64,000 nucleotides of DNA, from the IMG/VR virus record IMGVR_UViG_3300020432_000004, one strand, 5' to 3'. Shown here one piece after another: positions 20,262-30,414 of this stretch. Numbering within the stretch: position 1 is the stretch's first letter; the number at the start of each line of letters is the position of its first letter. This stretch comes from a virus. Lineage: Duplodnaviria > Caudoviricetes. Below the pieces are notes generated by a model. It was not told where the DNA came from. It did not search any database and saw nothing but the letters and a program-made list of their open reading frames with translations. The translations under genes were made by a program, and so were the position numbers.

Positions 20262-21680
20262 ATGAAGGTTAATAAAATTTGCATCGTAGGAGGTGGCACC
20301 GCAGGTTGGATGACTGCAGCCACCTTTTCGCATCTAAATCCTGATAAAGAAATAACATTAATAGAATCACCTAACGTTCCTACTATAGGTGTAGGTGAAT
20401 CTACTACTCAATTTATTTCAGAGTGGTTAAAACTACTTGAAATAAAAGATGAAGATTGGATGAGAGAATGTGATGCTACTTACAAGTATAGTGTCAGGTT
20501 TGAAAATTTTTCTGCAACAGAGGGAGCATTTCACTTTCCTTTTATAAACATAATAGAAACTCCATCATTAGATATATCTAATTGGTTCATACATAAAACA
20601 TTAACAGATTGTCCTGTAGATACATTTGCAAAGTTCTATTGCCCTCACTATAAATCTATTGTAGAGAATAGAATTATTCAACAGGATGTTGATTTCTATA
20701 ATCATAGAGTTCATAGAGGATTTCATATAGACGCAGCAAAGTTTGCTAATTGGTTGAGAATTAATAGGTGTAGAAAAGTTAATCATATCATTAAACATGT
20801 AGATAAAAGTATTCTCAATGAAGATTATGATTTGTTTGTAGATTGTACAGGATTTAAGAGTTTATTATCAGATGCGTATGACTATGAGAACTGGGATAAG
20901 TTTGATAAAGAATTACCTAACGATAGAGCATGGACAGTAAGACTACCTTATACAAATAAATGTGAACAACAAAGAGTTTATACTAATTGCACTGGTATGG
21001 ACAACGGATGGGTATGGAATGTTCCATTAAGAAGTCGTATTGGAACAGGATATAATTTCTCATCTAAATTTGTGAGTGATGAAGATGCACTAGAAGAATT
21101 TAAAAAACATTTAGGTTATCCAAAAGAAACTATATCAGATTACAGATTAATTAAATTTAGAACTGGACTATCAGATAAACCTTGGAGAGGCAAAGTATTA
21201 TCAATAGGATTAAGTGGTGGATTTATTGAACCATTAGAGAGTAATAGTTTATTGAGTGTACATAACTGGTTAGTTGAAGCATCTAAGGTGCTAACCCTAC
21301 CAGTAATTAGAAAAGCAGACATCAATTACTTTAATACATATGTTAGAGAAAGTTTTATTAGTTTTAAAGATTTTGTAGCGTTACATTATCATCTTTCTAC
21401 AAGAGAAGATACACCATACTGGAAATATCTTACTCAAGAACATGAATCAATACCATACACCAAACTTCCTGTAGAAAACTGGACAATGGGCAACTTATAT
21501 GGAGGTGCTTTTATTTGTGCAGGGCATAACTATCATCCTTTTGATAAAGTTATGCTAGAATTATTAAAGAAGGATGGTAAATTTAATGAACAGGGATATT
21601 TCTCTGTTGCCAACTGGAGCCATTTTGATGAATTACAAGAATCTTTTCCCTTTGCAGTAGATTATTATGAAAGTAACTGA
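20262..21680 (+). CDS. prnA: Flavin-dependent (tryptophan-type) halogenase 1
   Basis: GGGTAG FAD motif, IGVGEST, ATYK (catalytic Lys), WVWNVP, FIEPLES. Confidence 0.88.
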   Translation: MKVNKICIVGGGTAGWMTAATFSHLNPDKEITLIESPNVPTIGVGESTTQFISEWLKLLEIKDEDWMRECDATYKYSVRFENFSATEGAFHFPFINIIETPSLDISNWFIHKTLTDCPVDTFAKFYCPHYKSIVENRIIQQDVDFYNHRVHRGFHIDAAKFANWLRINRCRKVNHIIKHVDKSILNEDYDLFVDCTGFKSLLSDAYDYENWDKFDKELPNDRAWTVRLPYTNKCEQQRVYTNCTGMDNGWVWNVPLRSRIGTGYNFSSKFVSDEDALEEFKKHLGYPKETISDYRLIKFRTGLSDKPWRGKVLSIGLSGGFIEPLESNSLLSVHNWLVEASKVLTLPVIRKADINYFNTYVRESFISFKDFVALHYHLSTREDTPYWKYLTQEHESIPYTKLPVENWTMGNLYGGAFICAGHNYHPFDKVMLELLKKDGKFNEQGYFSVANWSHFDELQESFPFAVDYYESN

Positions 21681-23331
21681 ACCAGACCACGTTATAGAAT
21701 TTGAAAACTTCGATCCTTACAAAGGTAAGATTGAAAGTGTAGTTATTGTTGGCGGTGGGTCATCAGGATGGATGACAGCAGCAGCATTATCAAAGTTATG
21801 CCCTCATTTAGAGATTGCTTTAGTTGAATCACCAGATATTAAAACTATTGGTGTGGGTGAATCAACTTTAGGACATTTCAATCAGTACTTAGAACTGTTA
21901 GAATTAGAGGATGAAGATTGGATGCCTCATTGTGATGCAACATATAAAAATGGCATACAATTTACTAACTTTAGAGAAGGAAAGGAAGAGGTATTTCAAT
22001 ATCCATTTTATTCAAATTATGATTTTACTTTTGCTAACGCAGGACTTAACACATGGGGTCACCTAGCATCACATTATCCAGAAGAATTTCCCCCAGAATC
22101 GTTTGCAGAATTTTATTGTGCTAATACTTTTTTATGCAATGAGAATAAACAAACTAGAAATCGTGATGGTGTAACTAGAGATTTTGATTTTAGAAGACAT
22201 ACTGCATATCATTTAGATGCAACAAAGTTTGGTATCTATCTTAGAGATCATATTTGTATTCCTAATGGTGTTCAACATATTAAGGGAGAGATAACTGGAT
22301 ACCAGACAATGTATGAAAGACCTAATGATCAAACCATTAGTTATATCATCATGGATGGTGTTAATGCACTACAGGCAGATTTATATATTGATTGTACAGG
22401 ATTTAAGTCAAAATTATTAGGAGAATATCAGGGAATACCTTTTTATCTTTGTGATAATAAACTTGCAAATGATAGTGCATGGGCAGCTCGTATTCCTTAT
22501 CTTGAAGAAACAAGAGAAAAAGAAATGCGTAATGTAACTGATTGTTGGGCTATGCCTAATGGTTGGACATGGGACATACCACTATGGAATAGAATTGGTA
22601 AAGGATATGTTTACTCAAGTAGATTTTGTCGTAAGGAGCAAGCAAGAAAAGATTTTGTAGAACATCTTAGATATAAAGTTGGTAAGAAGAGAGCAGATGA
22701 AGCAGAGTTATTTCATATTGATATAAAGCATGGAAGGAGAGAAAGAGCATGGGTTAATAATGTAGTAGGTATAGGATTATCATACGGATTTGTAGAACCA
22801 TTAGAGTCTACTGGTCTGTTAACAACACATGAGAATATACTTAGACTAGTATCAGTTTTAAATCAAAGGGATGGATATGTAACAAGAACAGAGAAAGAAG
22901 GATTTAACTGGATATGTAATTATACAGTTGATAACTTTATTGATTTTGTTGCAATGCATTATGCGTTCTCTATGAGAACTGATACAGCATATTGGAGGTG
23001 GTGTACACAACAAAACTTCTATAATCCAGAGCAAGTAACACAGAATGTTCCTATGCATCAAAGTATAGAACAGTTCATGTCATCAACCTATGGTGAAGGA
23101 TGGCATGTAAATATGAATGGAATACCATTTATAGCTGCAGGTCATGGAATAAGATCTACATCGTACTTAAAGAGATCTCTATACCAATTAAAAGAAAACA
23201 TGGTATCAGAAGATGAACTACCAGATGTTAGAAGAAAGTATTTACAATGGAAAGATTACTTCAGTAAATACGTTGCACAATTACCCTCACATTATGAGTT
23301 CTTGAGAGATGAAATTTACAAATCCGTTTAG
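21667..23331 (+). CDS. prnA: Flavin-dependent (tryptophan-type) halogenase 2
   Basis: GGGSSG, IGVGEST, ATYK, WTWDIP, FVEPLESTG. Confidence 0.9.
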   Translation: MKVTEPDHVIEFENFDPYKGKIESVVIVGGGSSGWMTAAALSKLCPHLEIALVESPDIKTIGVGESTLGHFNQYLELLELEDEDWMPHCDATYKNGIQFTNFREGKEEVFQYPFYSNYDFTFANAGLNTWGHLASHYPEEFPPESFAEFYCANTFLCNENKQTRNRDGVTRDFDFRRHTAYHLDATKFGIYLRDHICIPNGVQHIKGEITGYQTMYERPNDQTISYIIMDGVNALQADLYIDCTGFKSKLLGEYQGIPFYLCDNKLANDSAWAARIPYLEETREKEMRNVTDCWAMPNGWTWDIPLWNRIGKGYVYSSRFCRKEQARKDFVEHLRYKVGKKRADEAELFHIDIKHGRRERAWVNNVVGIGLSYGFVEPLESTGLLTTHENILRLVSVLNQRDGYVTRTEKEGFNWICNYTVDNFIDFVAMHYAFSMRTDTAYWRWCTQQNFYNPEQVTQNVPMHQSIEQFMSSTYGEGWHVNMNGIPFIAAGHGIRSTSYLKRSLYQLKENMVSEDELPDVRRKYLQWKDYFSKYVAQLPSHYEFLRDEIYKSV

Positions 23332-24103
23332 AAAAAAATCTTGGATCAGGTTTTATTCGTTAGAACCTGCTGTTACTGATCTCTATCCAATTAAACCTGC
23401 TAGTAATCATAAAAGATCATGGGTTCAAGGTGAGAGAAAGAAATCAAAATGCCCAGTATCAGGTTTAATATCAACTGCTAATTGTCCTGGCATTAAAAAT
23501 TTAATGTCATCAGGTTATATTGTACCTGCACCTGCTGATTTTAAAATAACAACTAATGGTGATGGCATCTCAGTAAATTGGGAAGCACCTTGGTTATTTA
23601 AAATGGGTGGTGATAAAAGATCATATATTGGTAAGCATGATGAAACACAAGTTGAACCATTATTAGACGACCCTAGTAAATCATTAAAGACAGTAGTAAA
23701 GATAGAAACTCCTTGGAGAGTTAAAGCTAGTGATGATATTGTATTACTACAGTTACCAGTCAACTATAATAATGAGAAAAGATTTACAGCAGCAACAGGT
23801 TTATTAGACCCAAGATACGGTCATGTAATACATGCACAATTATTTTGGCATGTATTAGAAGGTGAAACTCATGTCAAGGCAGGAACTCCATTGATACAAT
23901 ATATTCCAATGCATAGAAAATACTTGCAAAATAGTAATTTTGAGACTATAATAGACTCTGCAGGTGATGTAGAGTGGCAGATGGAAGAATCTTTCGAGTA
24001 TGCTAATCAATCACAATTTATTGCAGAAGACACTGTACAGAACCGTCTAAATAGAGTGATGACAGTATTCAACAAGTATCGTAACAAAGGTTTTAAACTA
24101 TGA
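23309..24103 (+). CDS. Conserved phage protein (DUF6065-like beta fold)
   Basis: CPGIKNLMSSGYIVP...AGTPLIQYIP pattern; often found beside oxygenase clusters. Confidence 0.5.
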   Translation: MKFTNPFRKKSWIRFYSLEPAVTDLYPIKPASNHKRSWVQGERKKSKCPVSGLISTANCPGIKNLMSSGYIVPAPADFKITTNGDGISVNWEAPWLFKMGGDKRSYIGKHDETQVEPLLDDPSKSLKTVVKIETPWRVKASDDIVLLQLPVNYNNEKRFTAATGLLDPRYGHVIHAQLFWHVLEGETHVKAGTPLIQYIPMHRKYLQNSNFETIIDSAGDVEWQMEESFEYANQSQFIAEDTVQNRLNRVMTVFNKYRNKGFKL

Positions 24104-24504
24104 GCGAAATTCAATTTTCTGGTTTACCAGGTGATAAGGTGCAAAACCCTGCACCTGCTATTGACCCTAAAACAGGCACACCTTTTGCAGATCATAAACC
24201 AGATGATTCACCAACACATTTGGCAGAATTTAAAATGGAAGGTATTGATGACTTAATCAATAACTTTAATGGTCAGTATAACAAAGCACATGAAAAGGTG
24301 GAGAAACTAGAAGAGGATTTTAAAGACACTAAATTAAATCCTTATGGTGTAACACAAATTGACTTCAGTAAGAGACAAGAACTCAAGGAGCATATGTCTC
24401 GACTAGAAGGTGCTATCAATGGATTAAAAATAGCAAAGGAAACATTCTTTTTAGATGATGTCAAGGTAAGAAATCCTGGACAGAAGTATGAAGAGTTAAC
24501 ATGA
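24100..24504 (+). CDS. Hypothetical coiled-coil protein
   Basis: 134-aa ORF with ATGA overlaps at both ends. Confidence 0.7.
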   Translation: MSEIQFSGLPGDKVQNPAPAIDPKTGTPFADHKPDDSPTHLAEFKMEGIDDLINNFNGQYNKAHEKVEKLEEDFKDTKLNPYGVTQIDFSKRQELKEHMSRLEGAINGLKIAKETFFLDDVKVRNPGQKYEELT

Positions 24505-25187
24505 TAATCGCTGAAGATTATTCTGGCGAAGGATTACATTTATGGCATCCTTATGTTTTTAAATATGAGTTTGATTTTAGTGATATACTACCAAAGATCA
24601 GACCAACATACGAAGCAGCTTTGAATCATTGGGCAGCAAAGACAGATCAAACTAAAGTAGAATCTATACCCAACTCTACTACATCAAGAGTAGGTAGATA
24701 TGAGTACACATTAGAACCTCATAATCAAGAATGTATGCAACCATTTAATAATTGGTTAGGATCAAGAATTAGTTGGGTATGGGATCAATTTGGTTATCTA
24801 GGAGCAGAAAGTGAGATCAGTCAATCATGGTTTAATAGACATGAGAAGGGAGGACAGACTAAAGAACATACACATAATTGTATTGAATTAGTTGTAGCAT
24901 CTTACTTACAAAATGATGGAGAAGGTCAAGGTAATATAGAAATAAAAGACCCATTAGAATATCATAAGACAGGTTATCCTTATGATGCAGAGAAAGAAGT
25001 ATGGAAAGAAATTAAATGCCCTACTAATACAGTTTTAATATTTCCTGGTTGGGTTAATCATAGAAGTCAAGTAAATAAAGTTGGTGGTGAGAGGATGGTG
25101 ATGACATATAATATTAATGCTAGACTATTCAAATGTGATGTTTATGAAAACAGATTTGTTTTACCGAACACTCTTAATGCAGCATGA
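24501..25187 (+). CDS. 2OG-Fe(II) oxygenase-like (TIGR02466 type)
   Basis: WFN...HTH...FPGWVNH...RMVMTYN. Confidence 0.85.
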   Translation: MIIAEDYSGEGLHLWHPYVFKYEFDFSDILPKIRPTYEAALNHWAAKTDQTKVESIPNSTTSRVGRYEYTLEPHNQECMQPFNNWLGSRISWVWDQFGYLGAESEISQSWFNRHEKGGQTKEHTHNCIELVVASYLQNDGEGQGNIEIKDPLEYHKTGYPYDAEKEVWKEIKCPTNTVLIFPGWVNHRSQVNKVGGERMVMTYNINARLFKCDVYENRFVLPNTLNAA

Positions 25188-25920
25188 GTTTCCTGATCTG
25201 ATAAAGATCAAGAAACCAACTGATTGGAATGTAGAGTATATAAAATTAACTGACGATATAGGATATTATGTCGCTGATGACCCTTTTGAAGATGGGTCAT
25301 TTGACTTGTACAAATCATTAGCAGCAACATTTCCTATAATGACTGACACTAATAAAACTAATTGTAGGGATGCAAACCCATTTGCAACTATACATCTACC
25401 ACACTGGTGTTGTATTGAAATTTTTAGATTAATGAGAGGATATTTTAGGACATGGTTTGGTGACGCAGAAGTAGAACAACTACATTTAACAGAGTGGGGT
25501 AATCTATATTTTAAAGAGGAAAGTTTCCCTTGGGATTATTTTAGACTACCTCATGTAGATGGTGCTAAAGGATTAGTTTCTAATTTATGGTTTACAACTA
25601 ACCCTGACTCAGGAACTAAGATATACAAATATCATGGTAATTTATATAAAGGTCAAGATGATAAACTATACTATGATTTCATGGTAGATCAAGAGCATCC
25701 ATTGTTCAATGAAGTCAAAGAGTTGTGTACTCACATGAAGCGATTAGATGGATGGAAAAATTTATCTGATGATGAAGAGAGACACTATGGTTTTGAGTGT
25801 GTTGGAATAGCACCCTGTAAAGAAGGAACTATGACATTATATGATACAGAAATATCACATACACCTTACATAGAAGACTCATGTGATTTTAGATGGTCAC
25901 ACGCATATTGTATTCAATGA
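25177..25920 (+). CDS. 2OG-Fe(II) oxygenase-like (start probably 25177)
   Basis: PHVD...SGTKIY...HTPY...RWS. Confidence 0.7.
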   Translation: MQHEFPDLIKIKKPTDWNVEYIKLTDDIGYYVADDPFEDGSFDLYKSLAATFPIMTDTNKTNCRDANPFATIHLPHWCCIEIFRLMRGYFRTWFGDAEVEQLHLTEWGNLYFKEESFPWDYFRLPHVDGAKGLVSNLWFTTNPDSGTKIYKYHGNLYKGQDDKLYYDFMVDQEHPLFNEVKELCTHMKRLDGWKNLSDDEERHYGFECVGIAPCKEGTMTLYDTEISHTPYIEDSCDFRWSHAYCIQ

Positions 25921-26498
25921 AAGCATTTACACTTCATAAACAAGAAGATAATCTCAATGATTTTATTTTTGAGTCAACAATAACAGACAAGAATGTATGT
26001 AATTATCTCATAGATCAATATCATATGATGGAGCATCATCAAGGTAGAGTCAGTAGGGATGATACAGAAAATTTTGTCAATACTAATATGAAGGTAGCAG
26101 AACAAAGTTTTGTTGAACCAGATCATGCATCATACCAGACAATATATGAGTGTATAGATAAGACAATTAAATCATTACCATACGGATTAACCATACCGTA
26201 TGATATGACATCAACAGAATATTCTATTAGAAGGTATCCGAAAGGAGAAGGACATTTTGGAACTCATGTTGACACTATGAGTAAAGTAACGTATAATAGA
26301 ATACTTGCCTTTATACTATATCTCAATGATGTTGAAGAGGGTGGTGAGACTGAATTTATTACTCTTAACAGATTAGTGAAACCAGAAACAGGGAAAGTAT
26401 TATGTTTTCCTTGTAATTTTATGTTCCCTCATAAAGGCAACATCCCTATTTCAAACGACAAGTACATTGTAACTGCATTTGTGTATCCTCAATGGTAA
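25917..26498 (+). CDS. Prolyl-4-hydroxylase-like 2OG-Fe(II) oxygenase (start probably 25917)
   Basis: HVD...ILYLNDVEEGGETEF...FPH.G...KYI. Confidence 0.9.
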   Translation: MKAFTLHKQEDNLNDFIFESTITDKNVCNYLIDQYHMMEHHQGRVSRDDTENFVNTNMKVAEQSFVEPDHASYQTIYECIDKTIKSLPYGLTIPYDMTSTEYSIRRYPKGEGHFGTHVDTMSKVTYNRILAFILYLNDVEEGGETEFITLNRLVKPETGKVLCFPCNFMFPHKGNIPISNDKYIVTAFVYPQW

Positions 26499-27067
26499 AT
26501 AACGATTACAAATTATATGAAATTGACCCTATTCATTGTGATATAGATCATGATAAATTAGTTCAATATGTCGATATGTCAAAGGCAAAGTTTGAACATT
26601 TATTTGATGATAAAACACATGATACTGGTTTCTATTATCTCTATAATTTTTTTAGTATAGCATCATGTAATAAGGACACATACAATTTATATCTTGCTAT
26701 TGTAAAATGTATTAAAGATTATTTTGAAGTAAATAATATACCAAAAGATAATGTATGGATGCAGATGTGGATGAACATACATGATAAAGATCAAGTATTA
26801 AAATCTCATTCACATGATTTCCCTTATCATGGTTATTTCTCATTAACACCTCAAAAGACTGATACTGTATTTCAAGATAAGATTAATGGAAAAGAATTGT
26901 ATAGAATAAAGAATAGTCCATATCAAGTTTATATTGGTGTTGGTAGCAGACCTCATTATGTTGATGTATTAGAAGATTATACAGATAAAAGAATTACATT
27001 TGGATTTGATATACAAACCAATGAATTAGTTACTGGTAACTTTAGTTTTATACCAATAGTATTATGA
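26492..27067 (+). CDS. 2OG-Fe(II) oxygenase/cupin-like protein
   Basis: WMN...HSH...HYV...RITFGFD. Confidence 0.7.
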   Translation: MVNNDYKLYEIDPIHCDIDHDKLVQYVDMSKAKFEHLFDDKTHDTGFYYLYNFFSIASCNKDTYNLYLAIVKCIKDYFEVNNIPKDNVWMQMWMNIHDKDQVLKSHSHDFPYHGYFSLTPQKTDTVFQDKINGKELYRIKNSPYQVYIGVGSRPHYVDVLEDYTDKRITFGFDIQTNELVTGNFSFIPIVL

Positions 27068-27645
27068 TTAATCTCGATTTATATTTCCCTACACCAGTAT
27101 GGTGGACAGATACTAATCTCAATAATGAATATCTAAAAGATATAGTATATAATAAAAAAACTGATAATCCAGAAGGGAGAGAGATTAGTAATTATGGTGG
27201 ATGGCAGTCAAATGTATTTCCCTCAACTCATGTACCACCATTATGTGAAGTAGCAATTCAAATAGCAGATCAAGTTAAACAAGACATGGGATTAAATCCA
27301 TATACTGCATTTGATGTAGATAATTTATGGTGCAATATTAATAATCAAGGTCACTCAAATCAAATACATATACATCATGGTTCATTCTTATCAGGTGTAT
27401 ATTATGTTCAAGCAAATGAGAATAGTGGCGATCTTATTTTTTATAAAGATTTTGATAAACAATATATGAAAACTACTGATACAGAAATAATAAATCATAC
27501 ACCATTAACAGGTGATGTAGTTAGATATAAACCTAAAACTGGTAGGATGTTTGTATTTCCTGGTTGGTTACCTCACTCAGTTGATACCTGTATAGATAAT
27601 ACAGACAGAGTATCCATTGCTTTCAACATACAAATTAGAAAATGA
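27064..27645 (+). CDS. 2OG-Fe(II) oxygenase-like (TIGR02466 type)
   Basis: SNYGGWQS, HIH...SGVYY...FPGWLPHSV...RVSIAFN. Confidence 0.9.
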   Translation: MINLDLYFPTPVWWTDTNLNNEYLKDIVYNKKTDNPEGREISNYGGWQSNVFPSTHVPPLCEVAIQIADQVKQDMGLNPYTAFDVDNLWCNINNQGHSNQIHIHHGSFLSGVYYVQANENSGDLIFYKDFDKQYMKTTDTEIINHTPLTGDVVRYKPKTGRMFVFPGWLPHSVDTCIDNTDRVSIAFNIQIRK

Positions 27646-28160
27646 TTCAAACTATTGAAAATATTATTCCAGAATCTCATCAAGATTTCCTTTTAAGTAA
27701 GGTAACTGATTTAAGTTTTGATTGGCATTTTATGCCTGATGTAACTTACGTTGAAGAGGGAGAAGGACATAACACACCAGGATTTGCTCACGTTCTAGTC
27801 AATGGACAGAAGAGATCAGGTCAGGAAGATATGTTCATGGCTCCACTCAATGAATATTTGTATAGAACAAATCAAAAGTTAGGTGCATTACATAGAATGA
27901 GATTAGGATGTTTGCTGGCTAATTGTGATTTAGAACATAACAATAAGCATATTGATTTTAACTTTGAACATAAAGTAGGACTGTACTATTTGAATAATAG
28001 TGATGGTGATACGTTGGTATGGGATGATGACATAGTAACAAAAGTATCACCTAAGAAGGGAAGGTTTTTTGTATTTGATGGAAAGTTTCCTCATGCAAGT
28101 TCATGCCCTAAAGAACATACAACTAGGATTGTTCTAACATATAATTTTTCCACAAGATGA
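27642..28160 (+). CDS. 2OG-Fe(II) oxygenase
   Basis: HID...YYLNNSDGDT...HASSCP...RIVLTYN. Confidence 0.85.
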   Translation: MIQTIENIIPESHQDFLLSKVTDLSFDWHFMPDVTYVEEGEGHNTPGFAHVLVNGQKRSGQEDMFMAPLNEYLYRTNQKLGALHRMRLGCLLANCDLEHNNKHIDFNFEHKVGLYYLNNSDGDTLVWDDDIVTKVSPKKGRFFVFDGKFPHASSCPKEHTTRIVLTYNFSTR

Positions 28161-28759
28161 GACTACCATTAACAGTAGTAGATAACTTTTTTGAGACACC
28201 AACACTTGTAAGAAACTTTGCATTACAGCAAGAGTTTTTCAAAGGTGATAGAGGTAATTGGCCAGGTATTCGCACTAAGTTTTTAGATGAATTAGATATA
28301 AATTTTTTCAATACATTTCATGATAAACTATTAAATTATATACCTAGAAATTATAAAGGATTTCAACATTTAGAAGCAACATTTCAGTTAATAGATGAGA
28401 CATATAAAAGAGGATGGGTTCATAATGACGACCCTAAGTGGAATGTAGCAGGGATTATATATTTAAACAACGATAAACCTAAACAAGATTGTGGAACTAC
28501 ATTTTATGATGATAGAGATACATCAAATGATGGAGACCATAGTAAAGAATATTGTGATGATGTAAATGATAATATAGGACAGAATGAAGATGTAAGAGAT
28601 AAAGTCAATTCAAGATGGGTACCTAGTATGCTTGCAGAAAATAGATGGAATCGTTGTGTTATATCTGACTCAACTAGATGGCATAGTGCAGGTAGATTTT
28701 TTGGACATAATAAAGAGACATCTCGATTGACTCTAGTATTTTTTGGGAGAGTGATATGA
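28157..28759 (+). CDS. 2OG-Fe(II) oxygenase-like (DUF6445 type)
   Basis: VVDNFF...WPGIRT...HND...HSA...RLTLVFF. Confidence 0.8.
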   Translation: MRLPLTVVDNFFETPTLVRNFALQQEFFKGDRGNWPGIRTKFLDELDINFFNTFHDKLLNYIPRNYKGFQHLEATFQLIDETYKRGWVHNDDPKWNVAGIIYLNNDKPKQDCGTTFYDDRDTSNDGDHSKEYCDDVNDNIGQNEDVRDKVNSRWVPSMLAENRWNRCVISDSTRWHSAGRFFGHNKETSRLTLVFFGRVI

Positions 28760-29340
28760 ATGATATTATAGTTGTAGATGATTTCATAACAAAAGATTAT
28801 GCAGATCACATAGAACAAATAGTTAATGAAAAAGATTTCCCATTACATTTTAGAAAAGGAATTGTAACTAACGAAGATGAACATGAAGGCAATGTAGATG
28901 GATTCATTCATATGTTATATGAAGTTCAAAAACCTGTATCACCTAGATTTCCATTAATATATCCTATGGTATTAAGTATTAGTGAAGCAACTGGTATTAA
29001 ATGGAATGTATTAGAAAGACTAAGATTTAATTTCATGCTAGGTAATAAGCAGTCTAAACTATTACATCATGCACCACATACTGACAATTACACACCACAT
29101 TGGTCAGCAATATATTATGTTCATGATTGTGATGGTGATACATTTTTCTTTGACCAAAAACTAACAGAGTTTACAGAAGAAGAATCATATAGAATAACAA
29201 ATGAAAATAAGTGGACAATTAAACAAAGAGTATCACCTAAGAAAGGCAGACTAGTCATGTTTGATGGTGTAAGGTTTCATGCTAGTTCATTCACTACAAC
29301 TAATCCATTTAGATGTGTACTTAATATGAATTTCTCATGA
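28756..29340 (+). CDS. 2OG-Fe(II) oxygenase
   Basis: HTD...YYVHDCDGDT...HASS...RCVLNMN. Confidence 0.85.
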   Translation: MNDIIVVDDFITKDYADHIEQIVNEKDFPLHFRKGIVTNEDEHEGNVDGFIHMLYEVQKPVSPRFPLIYPMVLSISEATGIKWNVLERLRFNFMLGNKQSKLLHHAPHTDNYTPHWSAIYYVHDCDGDTFFFDQKLTEFTEEESYRITNENKWTIKQRVSPKKGRLVMFDGVRFHASSFTTTNPFRCVLNMNFS

Positions 29341-29867
29341 TAAACGTAGTCAAACAAGTCATTAATAAACAAACGTGCGAGGTGTTATGTAATAGTATGG
29401 AACTCATGAGAGTGAGTATGGGCAACCCACCAGACCCAACTATCAATAATGCATTTGGATATTATTCACCAGTATTCTTAGAGAGTTTATTGTTATGGAT
29501 GCAACCAGAGATAGAAAATAAAACTGGTAAAAAATTACATCCAACATACTCATACGGTAGGATATATGGACATGGATCAGAGTTAGAGAGACATACAGAT
29601 CGACCAAGTGGAGAGTATGGTGTAACGTGCTGTTTAGAAAAGCAATGTAATTTCCCTATATTTTTTGAGCGTGAAGGACATACTGTAGAAATAGAATTGG
29701 ATGTGGGTGATATATGCATATACAAAGGCATAGACTATCCCCATTGGAGAGAACCATATCAAGGTACAAGACACATACAAGTATTTCTCATGTATGTTGA
29801 TAGATCAGGTTTGTATCAGGATTACAAGTGGGATAAAAGATCGAGTTTGTGCCAACCACCAAACTGA
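29337..29867 (+). CDS. 2OG-Fe(II) oxygenase
   Basis: PTYSYGRIY...HTDRPS...HWRE...QVFL.YV. Confidence 0.85.
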   Translation: MINVVKQVINKQTCEVLCNSMELMRVSMGNPPDPTINNAFGYYSPVFLESLLLWMQPEIENKTGKKLHPTYSYGRIYGHGSELERHTDRPSGEYGVTCCLEKQCNFPIFFEREGHTVEIELDVGDICIYKGIDYPHWREPYQGTRHIQVFLMYVDRSGLYQDYKWDKRSSLCQPPN

Positions 29868-29905
29868 CCACTCAATGTTGCAATAAAAAAAATATGTGAT
29901 AGAAT
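29848..29905 (+). promoter_or_regulatory. Palindrome-promoter element
   Basis: TGTGCCAAC-caccaa-ACTGACCAC (29848-29871), TTGCAA at 29878, TAGAAT at 29900. Confidence 0.55.
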
Positions 29906-29927
29906 ATATGAGTCCACATATACTATT

Positions 29928-30173
29928 ATGCCCTCATTTATTCTAACTGCCACAGACCAAGATGGCACAGTAACAACCAAAACATTTGACTCAGAATTTC
30001 TAGGGGATACCGTAGAGAAAGTAGAGGATTTTCTACATGGAGTTGGATTTTGTTTTGAAGAACTTACTTGTAAGTTTAGTGATGACCATATCATCCCTAA
30101 CATCAAGACAGGAGAACCAGAAACCATTTATCGTGACAACATTCGTGACAATGTTGATATTGGTATCGAATAA
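29928..30173 (+). CDS. Hypothetical cyanophage protein
   Basis: 81-aa ORF downstream of a promoter. Confidence 0.75.
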   Translation: MPSFILTATDQDGTVTTKTFDSEFLGDTVEKVEDFLHGVGFCFEELTCKFSDDHIIPNIKTGEPETIYRDNIRDNVDIGIE

Positions 30174-30246
30174 CACAGCATACTCGACTTAACAGTCGTA
30201 TTATGCTACTATATAAAATGTAGTTCAAAGTTAATTTCATTTAAAC

Positions 30247-30414
30247 ATGGGCAAAACTTTTAGACGAGGCGGTAGTGAGTACGGTAACAACAGTTATGGT
30301 AAATCACTCAGAGACAAACGTGCTAAAGGAAGTAAACGTTATTCTAAAGAGGATTCTTATGGCAAAAAAGTCGAAAGAAAATACGAATACAAAGAAAAAC
30401 GAGACCTTAGATGA
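30247..30414 (+). CDS. Small basic protein (not in ORF track)
   Basis: Hand-translated: MGKTFRRGGSEYGNNSYGKSLRDKRAKG...RDLR*, 55 aa. Confidence 0.55.
   Translation: MGKTFRRGGSEYGNNSYGKSLRDKRAKGSKRYSKEDSYGKKVERKYEYKEKRDLR

Noticed and set aside
24501-29867. Non-heme iron halogenases among the oxygenases
   Set aside because: None shows the HxG/HxA ligand substitution; all are HxD or HxH
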